DNA of 64,000 bases from Chiloscyllium plagiosum (taxonomy: Eukaryota). Of this stretch, positions 50,224 to 62,202 are shown one piece after another. The position numbers and the translations under genes were made by a program. Under the pieces are notes generated by a model that searched no databases, was not told the DNA's origin, and saw nothing but the letters and a program-made list of their open reading frames with translations. Every line of letters begins with the position of its first letter. Positions within the stretch are counted from its first letter, which is position 1. The DNA is taken from the NCBI RefSeq assembly GCF_004010195.1, contig NC_057720.1, positions 33,771,304 to 33,835,303 of the forward strand. The letters run 5' to 3'.

Positions 50224-53200
50224 GATTTCTAAATACCAATAATGTAAAGTAATATGGGGATAGTGTGGGTAAAAGGCATTGAAGTTGATAGTCAGCATTA
50301 AGTGGAATGAATGCTGGAGTGGGATCGAAAGAGTGAATGGCCTACTCCTGCTCTTATGTTCCTATGTCATGGCAAACAACAATCAAATTGCATTGTGCTG
50401 TGGTATGTCAGAACCCTGAATATTATGGAAAATTTTGTTCTTCATAACAATCAATAAGCAGTGTAGCATTGGAATTGGTGCAAAAAAGGGCTAATCCACA
50501 TTTATTTTATGAGGAACTGAAACCTGGGCCGCGCATCCTCAAACAAAGGCCTCTTCGGAAACAATTGTAGGTGTATATAAAATCATGAAGGCTATAAGAA
50601 AAGCTGCTGGACTATTAAGTTAACTTTGGAACTAGAACTCAGACATTGCTTCCAATCAGTTTATTTTAGTGTTGATTAATATCAGGAGTTTCTTCCTTCC
50701 GTGTGTGTAACAAATCATCAGGTCGTAAAAGTGAAAACCCTGGACTCATTTCGGTAACCAGCTGGGTGCTGCAGTGGGTGGAGGTAGTTGCAATATTACA
50801 GGGTGGCTGAGTGCTGTTGGCTGGAATGGATTTCATTATCTTAAAATTATAAAATGATATTGCATGGAATGTGAACATTCAACCCATTAGATCTGTGTCA
50901 TCAAAGCAATGCAATAACTGTACTGATGTCCCTATCCTTTTCCACCTGAAATATTTTCTCTTTCAGGCACTCACCCAATATCTTGTAGCTTGAGCAAAAC
51001 TGTTGTCGCCAAATGGAATGCCAGAGTCATGTGATTATACACCTACCTAAACTTCATTCTGATTAACATTCCTAACAACCAGTGTTGTCTTTTCATTTCC
51101 TCTGCAGAATAATTTTTCAATTGAAATGCAAAGGAAAGAATATTTTTGCAAAAATATATTGTCGGACCAAAGTATTAATTAATGTACTTGCTGAAATGTA
51201 GTGGTGCTATTGCTCTGAATAAATGTATGAATAAAGGCATTGAATGAATGCTGTTCACGTGCACCTGCCAATAATTCCCTGTGATCATGCTCATAATGAC
51301 TTCAGAAATTATGGGCCACATTTTCCATGGAGTGATGTTATCAGTCAGATTGTCACTGCTCCAATATTGTTATGTAAAGAAGATTTCTAACAGAAGATTC
51401 TGATCTGAGCTACTTCAGAAATGCAGAGTGGACCTTTAGTCCCTCATAGTGTAAGTTGTCCGGGGAAGTCAAACCTCTTCACAATAGTAGTTGCTGCATT
51501 CTGTGCATTAAATGTCCAGCATCACAGCCACTTTGACAGCTCCTGTGATAGGGTCAGTATGTATGGTAAGCATGAGGTTAGAGTGCCAGGTAGGCAGGGT
51601 GCATGTGAGTAGGGGATAATATACAGGAGCCGAGTGGTAGAACTGCCAGGTAAGTCGGGAATAGGGTGTCAGCTATGTATTGTGCCAGGGTGTCGGGTTG
51701 GTATGAGCCAGAGCGTAAGGTGGGAAGGAGGACCACATACATGATGGAGTGTTTCGATGGGTAGAGGATATTAGGGAGCAGGTGCCAGGGTTGAGGAGAC
51801 AGAGATGTTTTTGGGTTCTAGAGACACAGCGCTCTGGGGAATAGAAAATGTTATGTCCGGAGTTGAGCAATGAGGGTTGTCAGGGCCGATGGCAGGCTAG
51901 GTGGAGGTGGGGTTGTATTCTTGGGGAGAGGGCAGTGTGTCAGCTCCAGCAGAAGGGACAATGTTATATCTGCTGACGCAGGGTGTACTTCCAGTTACAG
52001 CAGATGGGGTGATCTATGGGATGCTGTCTAATCCCAGGAGAGAGGGGTATCAGGTCAGGATCAAGGGCTAATGGAGGGGGTCTAAATGATTTTCGATGGG
52101 TGGAGGTGGGTGTGATTTATTGGGGGGTCAATTTAATTGCTCCCCATGCATTAGACTCTGTTTTTTATAGTCTAGTTTTTCATGGCTAATTATTAACTTA
52201 AGAGCAAGGGAACTCTCCGAATCTACAATCTAAACAATTCTTTCAGAGGGTTCCAGGCACCGGGAAATTTTCAATTGCCTGAGCAATTCCTCAGAGTCTT
52301 CTATATCAGTAATTCTGCGGGTTTCCAAGGAGCCTATCCCTTTTACGCTGCAGGAGCAACTATCTGACTATCTGAAAATCCATGCCTCTGTAATTGAAGT
52401 CTGTGGTGTAGTTGGAGCCATGTACAGAATCATTGTGGCCGTGTAGTTAGTTAGGAGGAGGAGGTGGAATAATTTAAGAAAATGAATTCAACTTGGCTCT
52501 AAATGGGATTTAATTGAGGAGATAGCAGTCTCTCAGTCTGTCTGTCTCTTGCTCTCCATGCTTTTAATCACCATTAGAATTCCAATTACGTCTTGGAAAC
52601 AAGTCAGCTCTTACATTGGTTATTTTTTTAAAAAGTTTCTATGAAGGTGACGTCTGTCCCTGTGAAAGTGTTGCACAGCATTCCCCTTATCTTTAAGCGT
52701 GCAATTCTTTGTGGCTGAATTTTAAAACGGTGCTGATGACATTATTGGAGTAATTGGCTGAGCAAAATTGCAGATCCTGACAGTGCGCAGGAGTTGAATT
52801 AAGATTCAGTAGAAATATAGTCATTAACCAAATGATACTTCAGCTGCCACTTGAATTGGTCTTGCACGCTGTGGCTCTGTAACACCCCTAAGCCAGTTCC
52901 TTTGAATATGCCCTCAGTATTCATTGTTTAAATCAGACTAAGAATAATGTAACTTCCTCGTGTTTAGCAATGTTATCTGGTGAGTGTGGTCCAGAATTTC
53001 CCATCAATTTGTACCTAAAAGACAGTAAAGGTTTCATGCCCTGTTAACTTAAAGCGCAAAGTATCAAGGACATTCAGTTGCAATTTTAAAGCTGCACCCA
53101 AATTCCCAAAGCTGTTACACAGGTTCTTTGGCTCAGACCCAAGGATGAACCTAGTTTGCAGATATAGGTACAATATTCCTTCAGGCACAGGCTTTGTGTC

Positions 53201-53325
53201 CTCAAGAGTGATCTATTTGACTGCAATAAGAAATACACAGAAAGTGGGATGTAACTTGGCATATTGCTGGAAAAAACCAGAATTGCAAAACTTTTGATTT
53301 AAAAATTGTTTTGTGAACTTAAAGT

Positions 53326-53650
53326 GATTAGATTAGATTAGATTCCCTACAGTGTGGAAACAGTCCCTTCGGCCCAACAAGTCCACACCGACCCTTCGAA
53401 GAGCAACCCACCCAGACCCATTCCCCTACATTCATCCCTGACTAATGCACCTAACACTATGGGCAATTTAGACTGGCCAATTCACCTAACCTGCACATCT
53501 TTGGATTGTGGGAGGAAACCGGAGCACCCGGAGGAAACCCATGCAGACACGGGGAGAATGTGCAAACTCCACACAGACAGTCGCCCGAGGCAGGAATTGA
53601 ACCCGGGTTCCTGGCACTGTGAGGCAGCAGTGCTAACCACTGAGCCACTG
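53326..53650 (-). mobile_element. HE1-type V-SINE
   Basis: Reverse complement of the HE1 copies; (GATTA)n tail at the left end. Confidence 0.9.
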
Positions 53651-54455
53651 AGTTTAAAAAAAAAATCAGAAATGATCAAAATTATTAGATCTGGGTGACT
53701 TACTGTGGGAGTGGGCACTGTGGGGTAAAGCTGGTGTTAATAACAAGAAAAATAATCTTGTTTTTATATACCATAATGATGGCTGATCCATCAATGTTTG
53801 AAGTTCTAAAAATCCCTCTAAAAATGGGAATTTATGCCATGTAGAAAAGTGAAATCCCAGCATGGGCATGTCAAGTCACCATTTTGAAAAGTTGTCTACA
53901 TCCAACACAAAGAATGGGTGTATACTCACACAGCCTGTATCACCCAATTGAACCCTTACACCCACTTACAAGATACGAGTAAACAAAATATGTATTTGTG
54001 GGGAGAGAAAAAAAATGAGGCTGACAACTAATGTGAGTGAAACATGTTCTGGCTGCAAACACGTTTGATTTCTACATTGAGAGCATGCAATCAAATGTGA
54101 TTTTTAGGGCCATAAAAATGTGATGACTTTGTATGCCACATTTACTCATATACTCTGATTTGTGGTACTTACAGTATGGAGAAAGTAGAAAGGATTCTGA
54201 CCTATTTATGACCGTGCGCAAGAGACTTATGGAAAGGATCAGTGGTAATTAATGTGAAATTGTTTTATGGTGAAATTTGATTGCTAATTCAATGCTGGTC
54301 CCATCAGATATGTAACAGAAGTCAAGAGTGTCTTTACATTCTGTTGTGGTTATTATTTTAAAAGTCCCTTCAGTATTGACTGTTTAGGTGCACAGCAAAT
54401 ATCAGCATAAATTTGCAATGGCATAAATCATTATATGAACGGTTGTAATGATGGA

Positions 54456-54737
54456 GAGATGGTGGCACACTGGTAATTTCACTGGATCAGTAATCTAGAA
54501 ACGCAGGATAATTCTCCTGGGGACTCATGTTCAAATCCCCCAACAGCAGCTGGAGGAATTTAAATCCACTAACTAAATCAGGAATTGAATTGGATACCAA
54601 TAATTGGCAATGATGGCCATAAAACTACTGTCAATTGTTGTTTTAAAAAAACACTTAGTTCACTAATGGCCTTCAGGGAAGGAAACCTGCTAATCTTACC
54701 TGGCCTGGCTACATGTGACTCCAGATCCACAGCAATG
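54456..54737 (+). mobile_element. tRNA-derived SINE homologous to the 5' head of the LINE at 39540-39816
   Basis: A box TGGCACACTGG, B box GTTCAAATCC; body ...TTCAGGGAAGGAAA.CTGC..TCTTACCTGG.CTG.CTACATGTGACTCCAGA.CCACAGCAATG. Confidence 0.7.
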
Positions 54738-55094
54738 AAAATATTCAAATGTAGAATTCAAATGAGTGCAGCATAGAGACAGATTAGTCCTGTAGATGAA
54801 ATTGCATAGCATAGGACGTGACTAATGAAGCAATTATTTTCCCAGATAGTTGCTGGAATACACAACAGCAGTGAGAGTTTTCATAGCTTAGTCCCCTTCA
54901 TCAGCCTGACTTAACAACTAGTAGTGAGAGTTCCACAACAACAGCAGAATTCAGTGCACATTGTGATGTGCGGTCACCTTCTAATTCGTAAGGATTGACA
55001 ATACAGGAAGCCTTGCCAGTGATATAAATACAAGATAACGAGTGCAATGATAATGGCAAGTTTAAAAAATATATTGTACACAAATGTTTCATTT

Positions 55095-56400
55095 AAATGG
55101 ATTGGAGGGCAGCTAATATAACACCGCTATTTAAAAAAGGCAGTAGTGATTTTAAAAAAAGGAAATATCGACCATTTAGCCACATATCAGTCGTTGGGAA
55201 ATGCTAGAGTTCATTATAAAAGCTTCAATAGCAGAGCATTTGGAAAACAGTGACTGGATTGGACAGAGTCAGCACGGATTTAAGAAAGAGAAATCATACT
55301 TGGCACATCTACTTGAATTTTTCAAGAATTAGTAGAATTGATAAGGGGGGGCCTAGAGGATATGGATTATTTGGAGTTTCAGAAGGGTTTTGACAGGTCC
55401 GTGAAAAGAAACTAGCATGTAAATTTTACGCTTATGGGACTCGGGGCAGTGTGATGACATGGATAGAGAACTGATTGGCAGACAGAAAACAAACAGTAAT
55501 AATAAACTGGTCGTTTTTGGAGTGGTAGGCAGTAACTAGTGGGGTGTACCGCAGGAATGAATGCTTGGACCATAGATATTTGGGCGAATGCGTGGCAGAT
55601 GAAGTGTGGACGAATGTGAGGTTATCGACTTTGTTAGCAGAAACAGGAACTCAGGTCATCTTCTGAATGTTAATAGATTGAGAAAAGGGGAGGGGCAACA
55701 AGAGCTGGATGTCTTGTACACCAGTTGCTGAAAGCAAACAAGCAAGTGCAGCAGAAGGTGAAGATAGGAAATGGAACTTGGCCTTCCAAGTGGGAGGATT
55801 TGAGCATGTTGAGGGATGTCTTGCTGCAAATTTATAGGCCTTGGTGAGACCATACCTGAGTATTGTGTGCAGTTTTGGTCTCCTTATCTGAGGAAGGTTG
55901 TTCCGGCTGTGGAGGGAATGCAACAAAGTTTACCAGACTGATTCCTGGGACGGCAGGACTGTTGTTTGAAGAGAAACTTGATTGTTTAGGACAATGTTCA
56001 TTGGAGTTTAGAAATATGAGAGAGATCTCATAGTAAACCAGACAACTCTAACAGGATTTGACAGGGCAAACACAGGAAGGATGTTCCCAATGGCCAGGGA
56101 GATCAAAACAAGTGATCACAGTTAAAGGATAAAGGGTAGGCATTTAGGACTGAGATGAGGAGAAACTTCTTCACCCAGGGAGTGGCGAACCTGTGAATTC
56201 TGTGCTACAGAAAATGGTTGAGGCCAAACGACTGAATGTTTTCAAGAAGATGTTAGATCTTAGGGCTAAAGGGATCAAAAGGTTTGGGACGAAAGTGGAA
56301 CAGGATATTAGTTTGATCACCAATGATCGTATTGAAAAGCAGTGCAGGCATGAGGAACTGGATGGCCTACTCCTGCACTTAATTTCTATGTTTCTGCATT
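55095..56400 (+). mobile_element. Decayed CR1 LINE RT + 3'UTR
   Basis: ANITPLFKKG, SQHGF.K.KS, DFQK.FD, LVRPYL.YCVQFWSPYLRK, FFTQGVANLW remnants. Confidence 0.85.
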
Positions 56401-56697
56401 CAAATTTAAAAGCGACAAATTGGCAGTTTTGCAGATCTGTGTGCACTGTTCCACTGTGTTACTGTACTGAATATTTTGCCGTGGACTATAGGTTAGCTGT
56501 TGGAGAATAATACTTAAGCTTGCTTGTCACTGATCCTGCACAGACTGCATAATAGTTTAGTTTGGTATCTATGCTGAGCCAGCCCCCATATACCAGTTTT
56601 AAGAAGCAGCCAATTCTGGTAAGCCCTGCACAAATCCATTTATAATCTCACCATTCTTATGAGTTTGCCCATATAAAGCCAAAATGAACATTGCTTT

Positions 56698-56773
56698 TGC
56701 CCGAAACGTCGATTTCGAAGCTCCTTGGATGCTGACTGAACTGCTGTGCTCTTCCAGCACCATTAATCCAGAA
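56698..56773 (+). mobile_element. Penelope pLTR fragment
   Basis: GCCCGAAACGTCGATTTC...GGATGCTG.CTGAACTGCTGTGCTCTTCCAGCAC. Confidence 0.65.
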
Positions 56774-59099
56774 CTGAATTTATGTGAAACAATCAGATGA
56801 ATTGCGATGCCTGGAGTTATATCTACACTGAAACTGATTACATAATTTAGTATAGAATATTGTAAAAATGTGCTTAGATCATTTATTTTACTGTTTTAAA
56901 TGAGCCCACCACATTAATCAAGACAATGAATTTTTATAAAGAATAGATGAATTTTTCAAAATCACTTTCCAAACTCAGAAAGCCTTCGAATTATTTGGAT
57001 TGGCAAAGTGGAAAGCAATTATCATGTCACCAGGTTAAATTCTCCATAAATTGCATTTTAAATTACAAAATCATTAATAAATGAGGCAGAAGTTGTGATG
57101 GGTTATTTCATCTTAATGGATTGCATTGAATTCTCTGTGTAGTTGGTATTCATCCTTTCCAGCTAGTGGCTTATGTTTCAAAACTGCTAAGATAGACTGT
57201 TGCTTATCAAAGTAAATTGTTTAAATACAATATATTCTGAAACTTTTCTTGTGGATTTTGAAATATATCAGTGAAGTAATTCTTTATGATGCTCAGTTAC
57301 CTGATATGTTTGACTTCCATCTGCCAATGTCCATTTCTTCCCAGCCCATTAAGCTAAACAAATATTGTGTTTAGTTAAGATTGTTCCCCACAATTGACAA
57401 ATAAGAATGTATTTATACATTTTGCTCATTTGTCAGTGTCTAACTGCGTGATGATTACAAAGCTTAAATATCTCCACAAATCTAGTGTGCTTAACCGGAT
57501 TACTCCTGATATACTATCCCATTCTTTTCTGTACGAACTATCTATCGACTGTAATTTCCAGTTAGTGACAAATTATAGCCCATTTCATGGCATGCAGTGT
57601 GAACTGCTGTCTAACCTCATTTTATTTAAAAATGTCACAAGCAACGGAGGGTGACTTTTGACCCAACACTTTAAACTGCACTTGTAAGCAGATTGCAGAA
57701 ATAATTCCCAAGAGTCTGAAGCAGCTTGATTTGATTTGATTTGAGTTATTGTCATGTATGTTTGTTACAAATTCAGTGAGAAGTGTTTAGTGCGGCCACT
57801 CTCTGCCGCCATCTTAAAACACAGAAAATAACGCCTGAAAGAAAACCAGTAAAGTAAATCTGATAGTCTTACCTCAATAAAGTTAGGTAGTCTTTGGAAC
57901 AGCTCTTGCTTCCAGCTCAGCCATGGGTCTGGATCCAGGCTCCTCCACCCCAATGCCTTGAGTCCCTTCTGCTAAACCGACTACACTGCTGCAACCGCGC
58001 TTTGCCATGCCATTGCTGGAGAAAAGCTGTGGAGTAATGGCAAGCATTTGTCAGCATTGGTATGAAGGTAACCCTGTAGCATGAAGATGAAAGTCAGTGT
58101 GCAAAGATGAGATGTTTGGAAAATTGCCCACGTTAGAGCTAAATATAAAATGATTACGGGAGGTGCAATTGTGTTTTGACATCAAAGGAGAGATTGCTTG
58201 TGGGCCCCTCCATTCCAGAATCAGTCTTTTCTCCAGTGTCTATATCCTTTTTGTAATATTGAGATCAAAACTCTGTACATTATTCAAAAATAAGAAAGAG
58301 TGTTGGAGAAACTCAGCAGGTTTGGCAATATCTGTGGAGACAGAAAGTCTTAACAGTATTCTAAATATATACCGACTATTGCTCTATGCAAGTTTAACAC
58401 AACTTCCTTTCTCAATTCAATTGAAACTTTCATTTCTATTCCTTGGGAAATTGAATGTTTTCACTTTCTTTTGGTCCTGTTAAAGTGTTGCAATTTTGTT
58501 ATGAACCTGAGCTTCTGAAATCCTTTGCACGTAACCAGTTAGACTCTTATTTTCCAAGAAGTGTGATATCTTCTCATTTTTCCAGCCAAAATGCATCACA
58601 GAAAAATAACCATGAGCTGAATTTTCCCAGCTCTTTTGTGGTGTGAGCAGTGGCAAGAAATGTGGGAAAATCTGATACAATTGCAAAAAACAGAGTCTAA
58701 CATTTAGAAGGAAAGTTCCGATTTTCACCTTAACGTTTCAATAGCAAGTTCTGAATCTCTTTAATAAGTAGTTTATTTCCATACATTTACTTTACATTAT
58801 TAGTTTTCCACATGAGAGCTCTTGTGGTGCAGTGGTAGTGTACCTAACTCTGGCCAAGGAGGCCAGATTCAAATCCCACTTCCTCCTCAAGTGTATAATA
58901 ACATCTCTAAACAGGTTGATTAGAAAACACCGACAACTGTCCCCTCCTCTCCTGAGACACTAGGTAGTCACAATTCCAGACTTAAAAGTCAGAGTTGATT
59001 ACCTGGCAGATTGGAGGTTGTTGCTTTCATCTCTGGGATTTCATTTTAATGTCCCTTCATCAACATGTCGTTGAATTCTCCATGGACTGTGTCTCCTGC

Positions 59100-59790
59100 A
59101 GCTTTCTTCCACCAAAGTCAGTATCAATAAGAGTGACCACTGCCCAGTCCTTGTGGAGACAAAGTGCTGTCTTCACATTGAAGATGCCCTCCAAAATGTC
59201 ATGTGGCACTTTCAGTGTGCGAAATGGAACAGACTTTGAACAGATCTAGCAACTCAAGACTGAGCACCTGTGATGTGCTATGGGCCACATGCAGCAACAG
59301 AATTGTAATAAGACATCATCTACAACCTCATGGTCTGGCATATCCCCACTGTCTCGGTGCCGTCAAGCCAGGAGATCAATGGTGGTTCAATGAAGGTTCC
59401 GGGAGAGTGTGCCGGAAGCAGCACCGAAATTGAGATGTTAACCTGATGAAGCCACCAAACAAGACTACTTGTGTGTTTTAGCATAAGCAGCAAGTGATAG
59501 ACACAACTAATTGATTCCACAATCAATAGATTAGATCTAAGCTTTGTGTCCCACTACATCCAGTCGTGAATATTGGTGAGAAATTAAATAGCTCATCGGA
59601 GGAAGGTCCACAAATTTCCCATCCTCAATGATGGGGGAGCCCAGCATTCCAGTGGAAGAGCTAAGGCTGAAGCATTTACTAGTTTCAGCCAGAAGTGCCT
59701 AGTTGATTATCTACTCCTCCAGAATTCTCTAATATCAAAAAACACCAGTCTTCAGCCATTTCCATTCACTCCACATGATATCAAGCAACA
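59100..59790 (+). mobile_element. Old CR1-like fragment (same family as 35385-39816)
   Basis: AGTGACCAC..CCCAGTCCTTGTGGAGAC, CATCCTCAATGATGGGGGAGCCCAGC and CAGTCTTCAGCCA.TT..ATTCACTCCAC.TGATATCAAG motifs. Confidence 0.65.
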
Positions 59791-60128
59791 ACAGTTAGTA
59801 AGTTTGCAGGTGACACCAAAATGGGAGGCATAATGGACAACGAAGAGGGTTACCTCAGATTACAACAGGATCTGGACCAGATGGGCCAGTGGGCTGAGAA
59901 GTGGCAGATGGAGTTTAGATCAGATTAATGCGATGTGCAGCATTTTGGGAAAGCAAATCTTAGCAGGACTTATACACTTAATGGTAAGGTCCTAGGGGGT
60001 GTTGCTGAACAAAGAAACCTTGGAGTGCAGGTTCGTAGCTCCTTGAAAGTGGAGTCATAGGTAGATAGGATAGTGAAGAAGGTGTTTGGTATGCTTTCCT
60101 TTATTGGTCAGAGTATTGAGTACAGGAG
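59791..60128 (+). mobile_element. CR1 (HER1-type) RT fragment running into an assembly gap
   Basis: Near-identical to 7700-7990. Confidence 0.85.
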
Positions 60129-60507
60129 NNNNNNNNNNNNNNNNNNNNNNNNNNNNNNNNNNNNNNNNNNNNNNNNNNNNNNNNNNNNNNNNNNNNNNNN
60201 NNNNNNNNNNNNNNNNNNNNNNNNNNNNNNNNNNNNNNNNNNNNNNNNNNNNNNNNNNNNNNNNNNNNNNNNNNNNNNNNNNNNNNNNNNNNNNNNNNNN
60301 NNNNNNNNNNNNNNNNNNNNNNNNNNNNNNNNNNNNNNNNNNNNNNNNNNNNNNNNNNNNNNNNNNNNNNNNNNNNNNNNNNNNNNNNNNNNNNNNNNNN
60401 NNNNNNNNNNNNNNNNNNNNNNNNNNNNNNNNNNNNNNNNNNNNNNNNNNNNNNNNNNNNNNNNNNNNNNNNNNNNNNNNNNNNNNNNNNNNNNNNNNNN
60501 NNNNNNA

Positions 60508-61543
60508 GTAGCATAGAGTACAATGGGTGAGTGGGGGAGGGGATGAAGGTGATAGGTCAGGGAGGAGAGGGTGAAGTGGATAGGTGGAAAAGGAGGATAG
60601 GCAAGTAGGACAAGTCATGGGGACAGTGCTGAGCTGGAAGTTTGGAACTAGGGGGAGAGAAGGGGAAATGAGGAAACTGTTGAAGTCCACATTGATGCCC
60701 TGGGGTTGAAGTGTTCCGAGGCGGAAGATGAGGCGTTCTTCCTCCAGGCGTCTGGTGGTGAGGGAGTGGCGGTTAAAGAAGCCCAAGGACCTCCATGTCC
60801 TTGGCAGAGTGGGAGGGGGAGTTGAAATGTTGGGCCACAGGGCGGCGTGGTTGATTGGTGCGGGTGTCCCGGAGATGTTCCCTAATGCGCTCTGCTAGGA
60901 GGCGCCCAGTCTCCCCAATGTAGAGGAGACCGTATCGGGAGCAACGGATACAATAAATGATATTAGTGGATGTGCAAGTAAAACTTTGATGGATGTGGGA
61001 GGCTCCTTTAAGGCCTTGGATGGAGGTGAGGGAGGAGGTGTGGGCGCAGGTTTTACAGTTCCTGCGGTGGCAGTGGAAAGTGCCAGGATGGGAGGGTGGG
61101 TTGTAGGGGGGCGTGGACCAGACCAGGTAGTCACGGAGTGAACGGTCTTTGCGGAGGCGGAAAGGGGTGGGGAGGGAAATATATCCCTGGTGGTGGGGTC
61201 TTTTTGGAGGTGGCGGAAATGTCGGCGGATGATTTGGTTTATGCGGAGGTTTGTAGGGTGGAAGGTGAGTACCAGGGGCATTCTGTCCTTGTTACGGTTG
61301 GAGGTGTGGGGTCTGAGGGCGGAGGGATGTAGACGAGATGTGTTGGAGGGCATCTTTAACCACGTGGGAAGGGAAATTGCGGTCTCTAAAGAAGGAGGCC
61401 ATCTGGTGTGTTCTGTGATGGAACTGGTCCTCCTGGGAGCAGATACGGCAGAGGCGGAGGAATTGGGAACACGGGATGGCATTTTTGCAAGAGATAGGGT
61501 GGGCAGAGGTGTAATCCAGGTAGCTATGGGAGTCGGTGGGTTT
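60508..61543 (-). mobile_element. Penelope-like element (family A) RT C-terminus, Zn linker and GIY-YIG; cut by the ERV insertion
   Basis: KPTDSHSYLDYTS.HP.SCKNAIP.SQFLRL; CHRRNCKTC; NIIYCIRCSRYGLLYIGETGR...REHL; RRLEEERLIFRLGTLQPQGINVDF. Confidence 0.9.
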
Positions 61544-62158
61544 TGTTGGACTTTGGCTCAATCTACCAACTTACTTTCTTCTTTGTGTGAGCCCAGTCCT
61601 GCGTGTTCTTTTAAATGAAGCAATAGGAGAAGATATTTGGTCTCACACTCTTAATTTATTTTAAACAGTAAGTGGACAAAGCATTCAGAGCTCTGGGTCT
61701 AAACCTTTTTGTCCCTGACAAACTACAAAGTGTGCCAGTTCAAAAAGTAAGACCTCGTTCTGTCCCTGCCCCAGTCTTTTATACCATAAAAAACGTCATA
61801 TAAACACTGAGGTAGAATTATCTTCTGATTGGGTGTTGATCTGACTCCATTCCCCGCCTCCTCGCATTCCCGGATGTCCGACCCCACGTGACCTTCTTTT
61901 ACCCGCGAAACGGAGTATCACGTGACCTCCTCGGCCCGCTTCCGGGGCGCGAAACGGGACGTCACGTGACCGCCCCGTACTCTTCCGGGCGCGAAACGGG
62001 ACGTCACGTGACCTCCCCGCACTCTTCCGGGCGCGAAACGGGATGTCACATGACTGCCCCCTGCGTGGGTTACACAGCGTCACCACAGGCTTCTGAATGC
62101 TGAATCCATCCACAGTCACAGCCAGCCTTCTGTTTTTCAAGTAAGCCATATATTTACA
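61544..62158 (-). repeat. ERV 3' LTR (615 bp)
   Basis: Minus strand starts TGTAAATA right after PPT AAAAGGGGGA (62161-62170) and ends CCAACA; CCAAT (61827-61832), TATAAAA (61777-61783) and AATAAA (61655-61660) occur in the expected order. Confidence 0.88.
61885..62060 (-). promoter_or_regulatory. LTR U3 tandem enhancer-like array (~42-bp period, about 4 units)
   Basis: CACGTGAC at 61885, 61919, 61963, 62005 and CACATGAC at 62047; the core units carry CTTCCGG and GCGCGAAA. Confidence 0.75.
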
Positions 62159-62202
62159 AGTCCCCCTTTTGGTCTCATAAAAATGAGACCAACCAACCAG
62201 TT

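Noticed and set aside
50666..50878. Possible minus-strand terminal exon (IMKSIPANSTQPP...)
   Set aside because: No recognisable protein similarity and no supporting upstream exons.
54120..54200. Box C/D snoRNA (GTGATGA...CTGA...CTGA)
   Set aside because: No terminal stem, no convincing C' box and no rRNA/snRNA complementarity that I could recognise.
61885..62060. CRISPR-like array
   Set aside because: Units are contiguous tandem repeats without unique spacers, inside a vertebrate retroviral LTR, with no cas genes.
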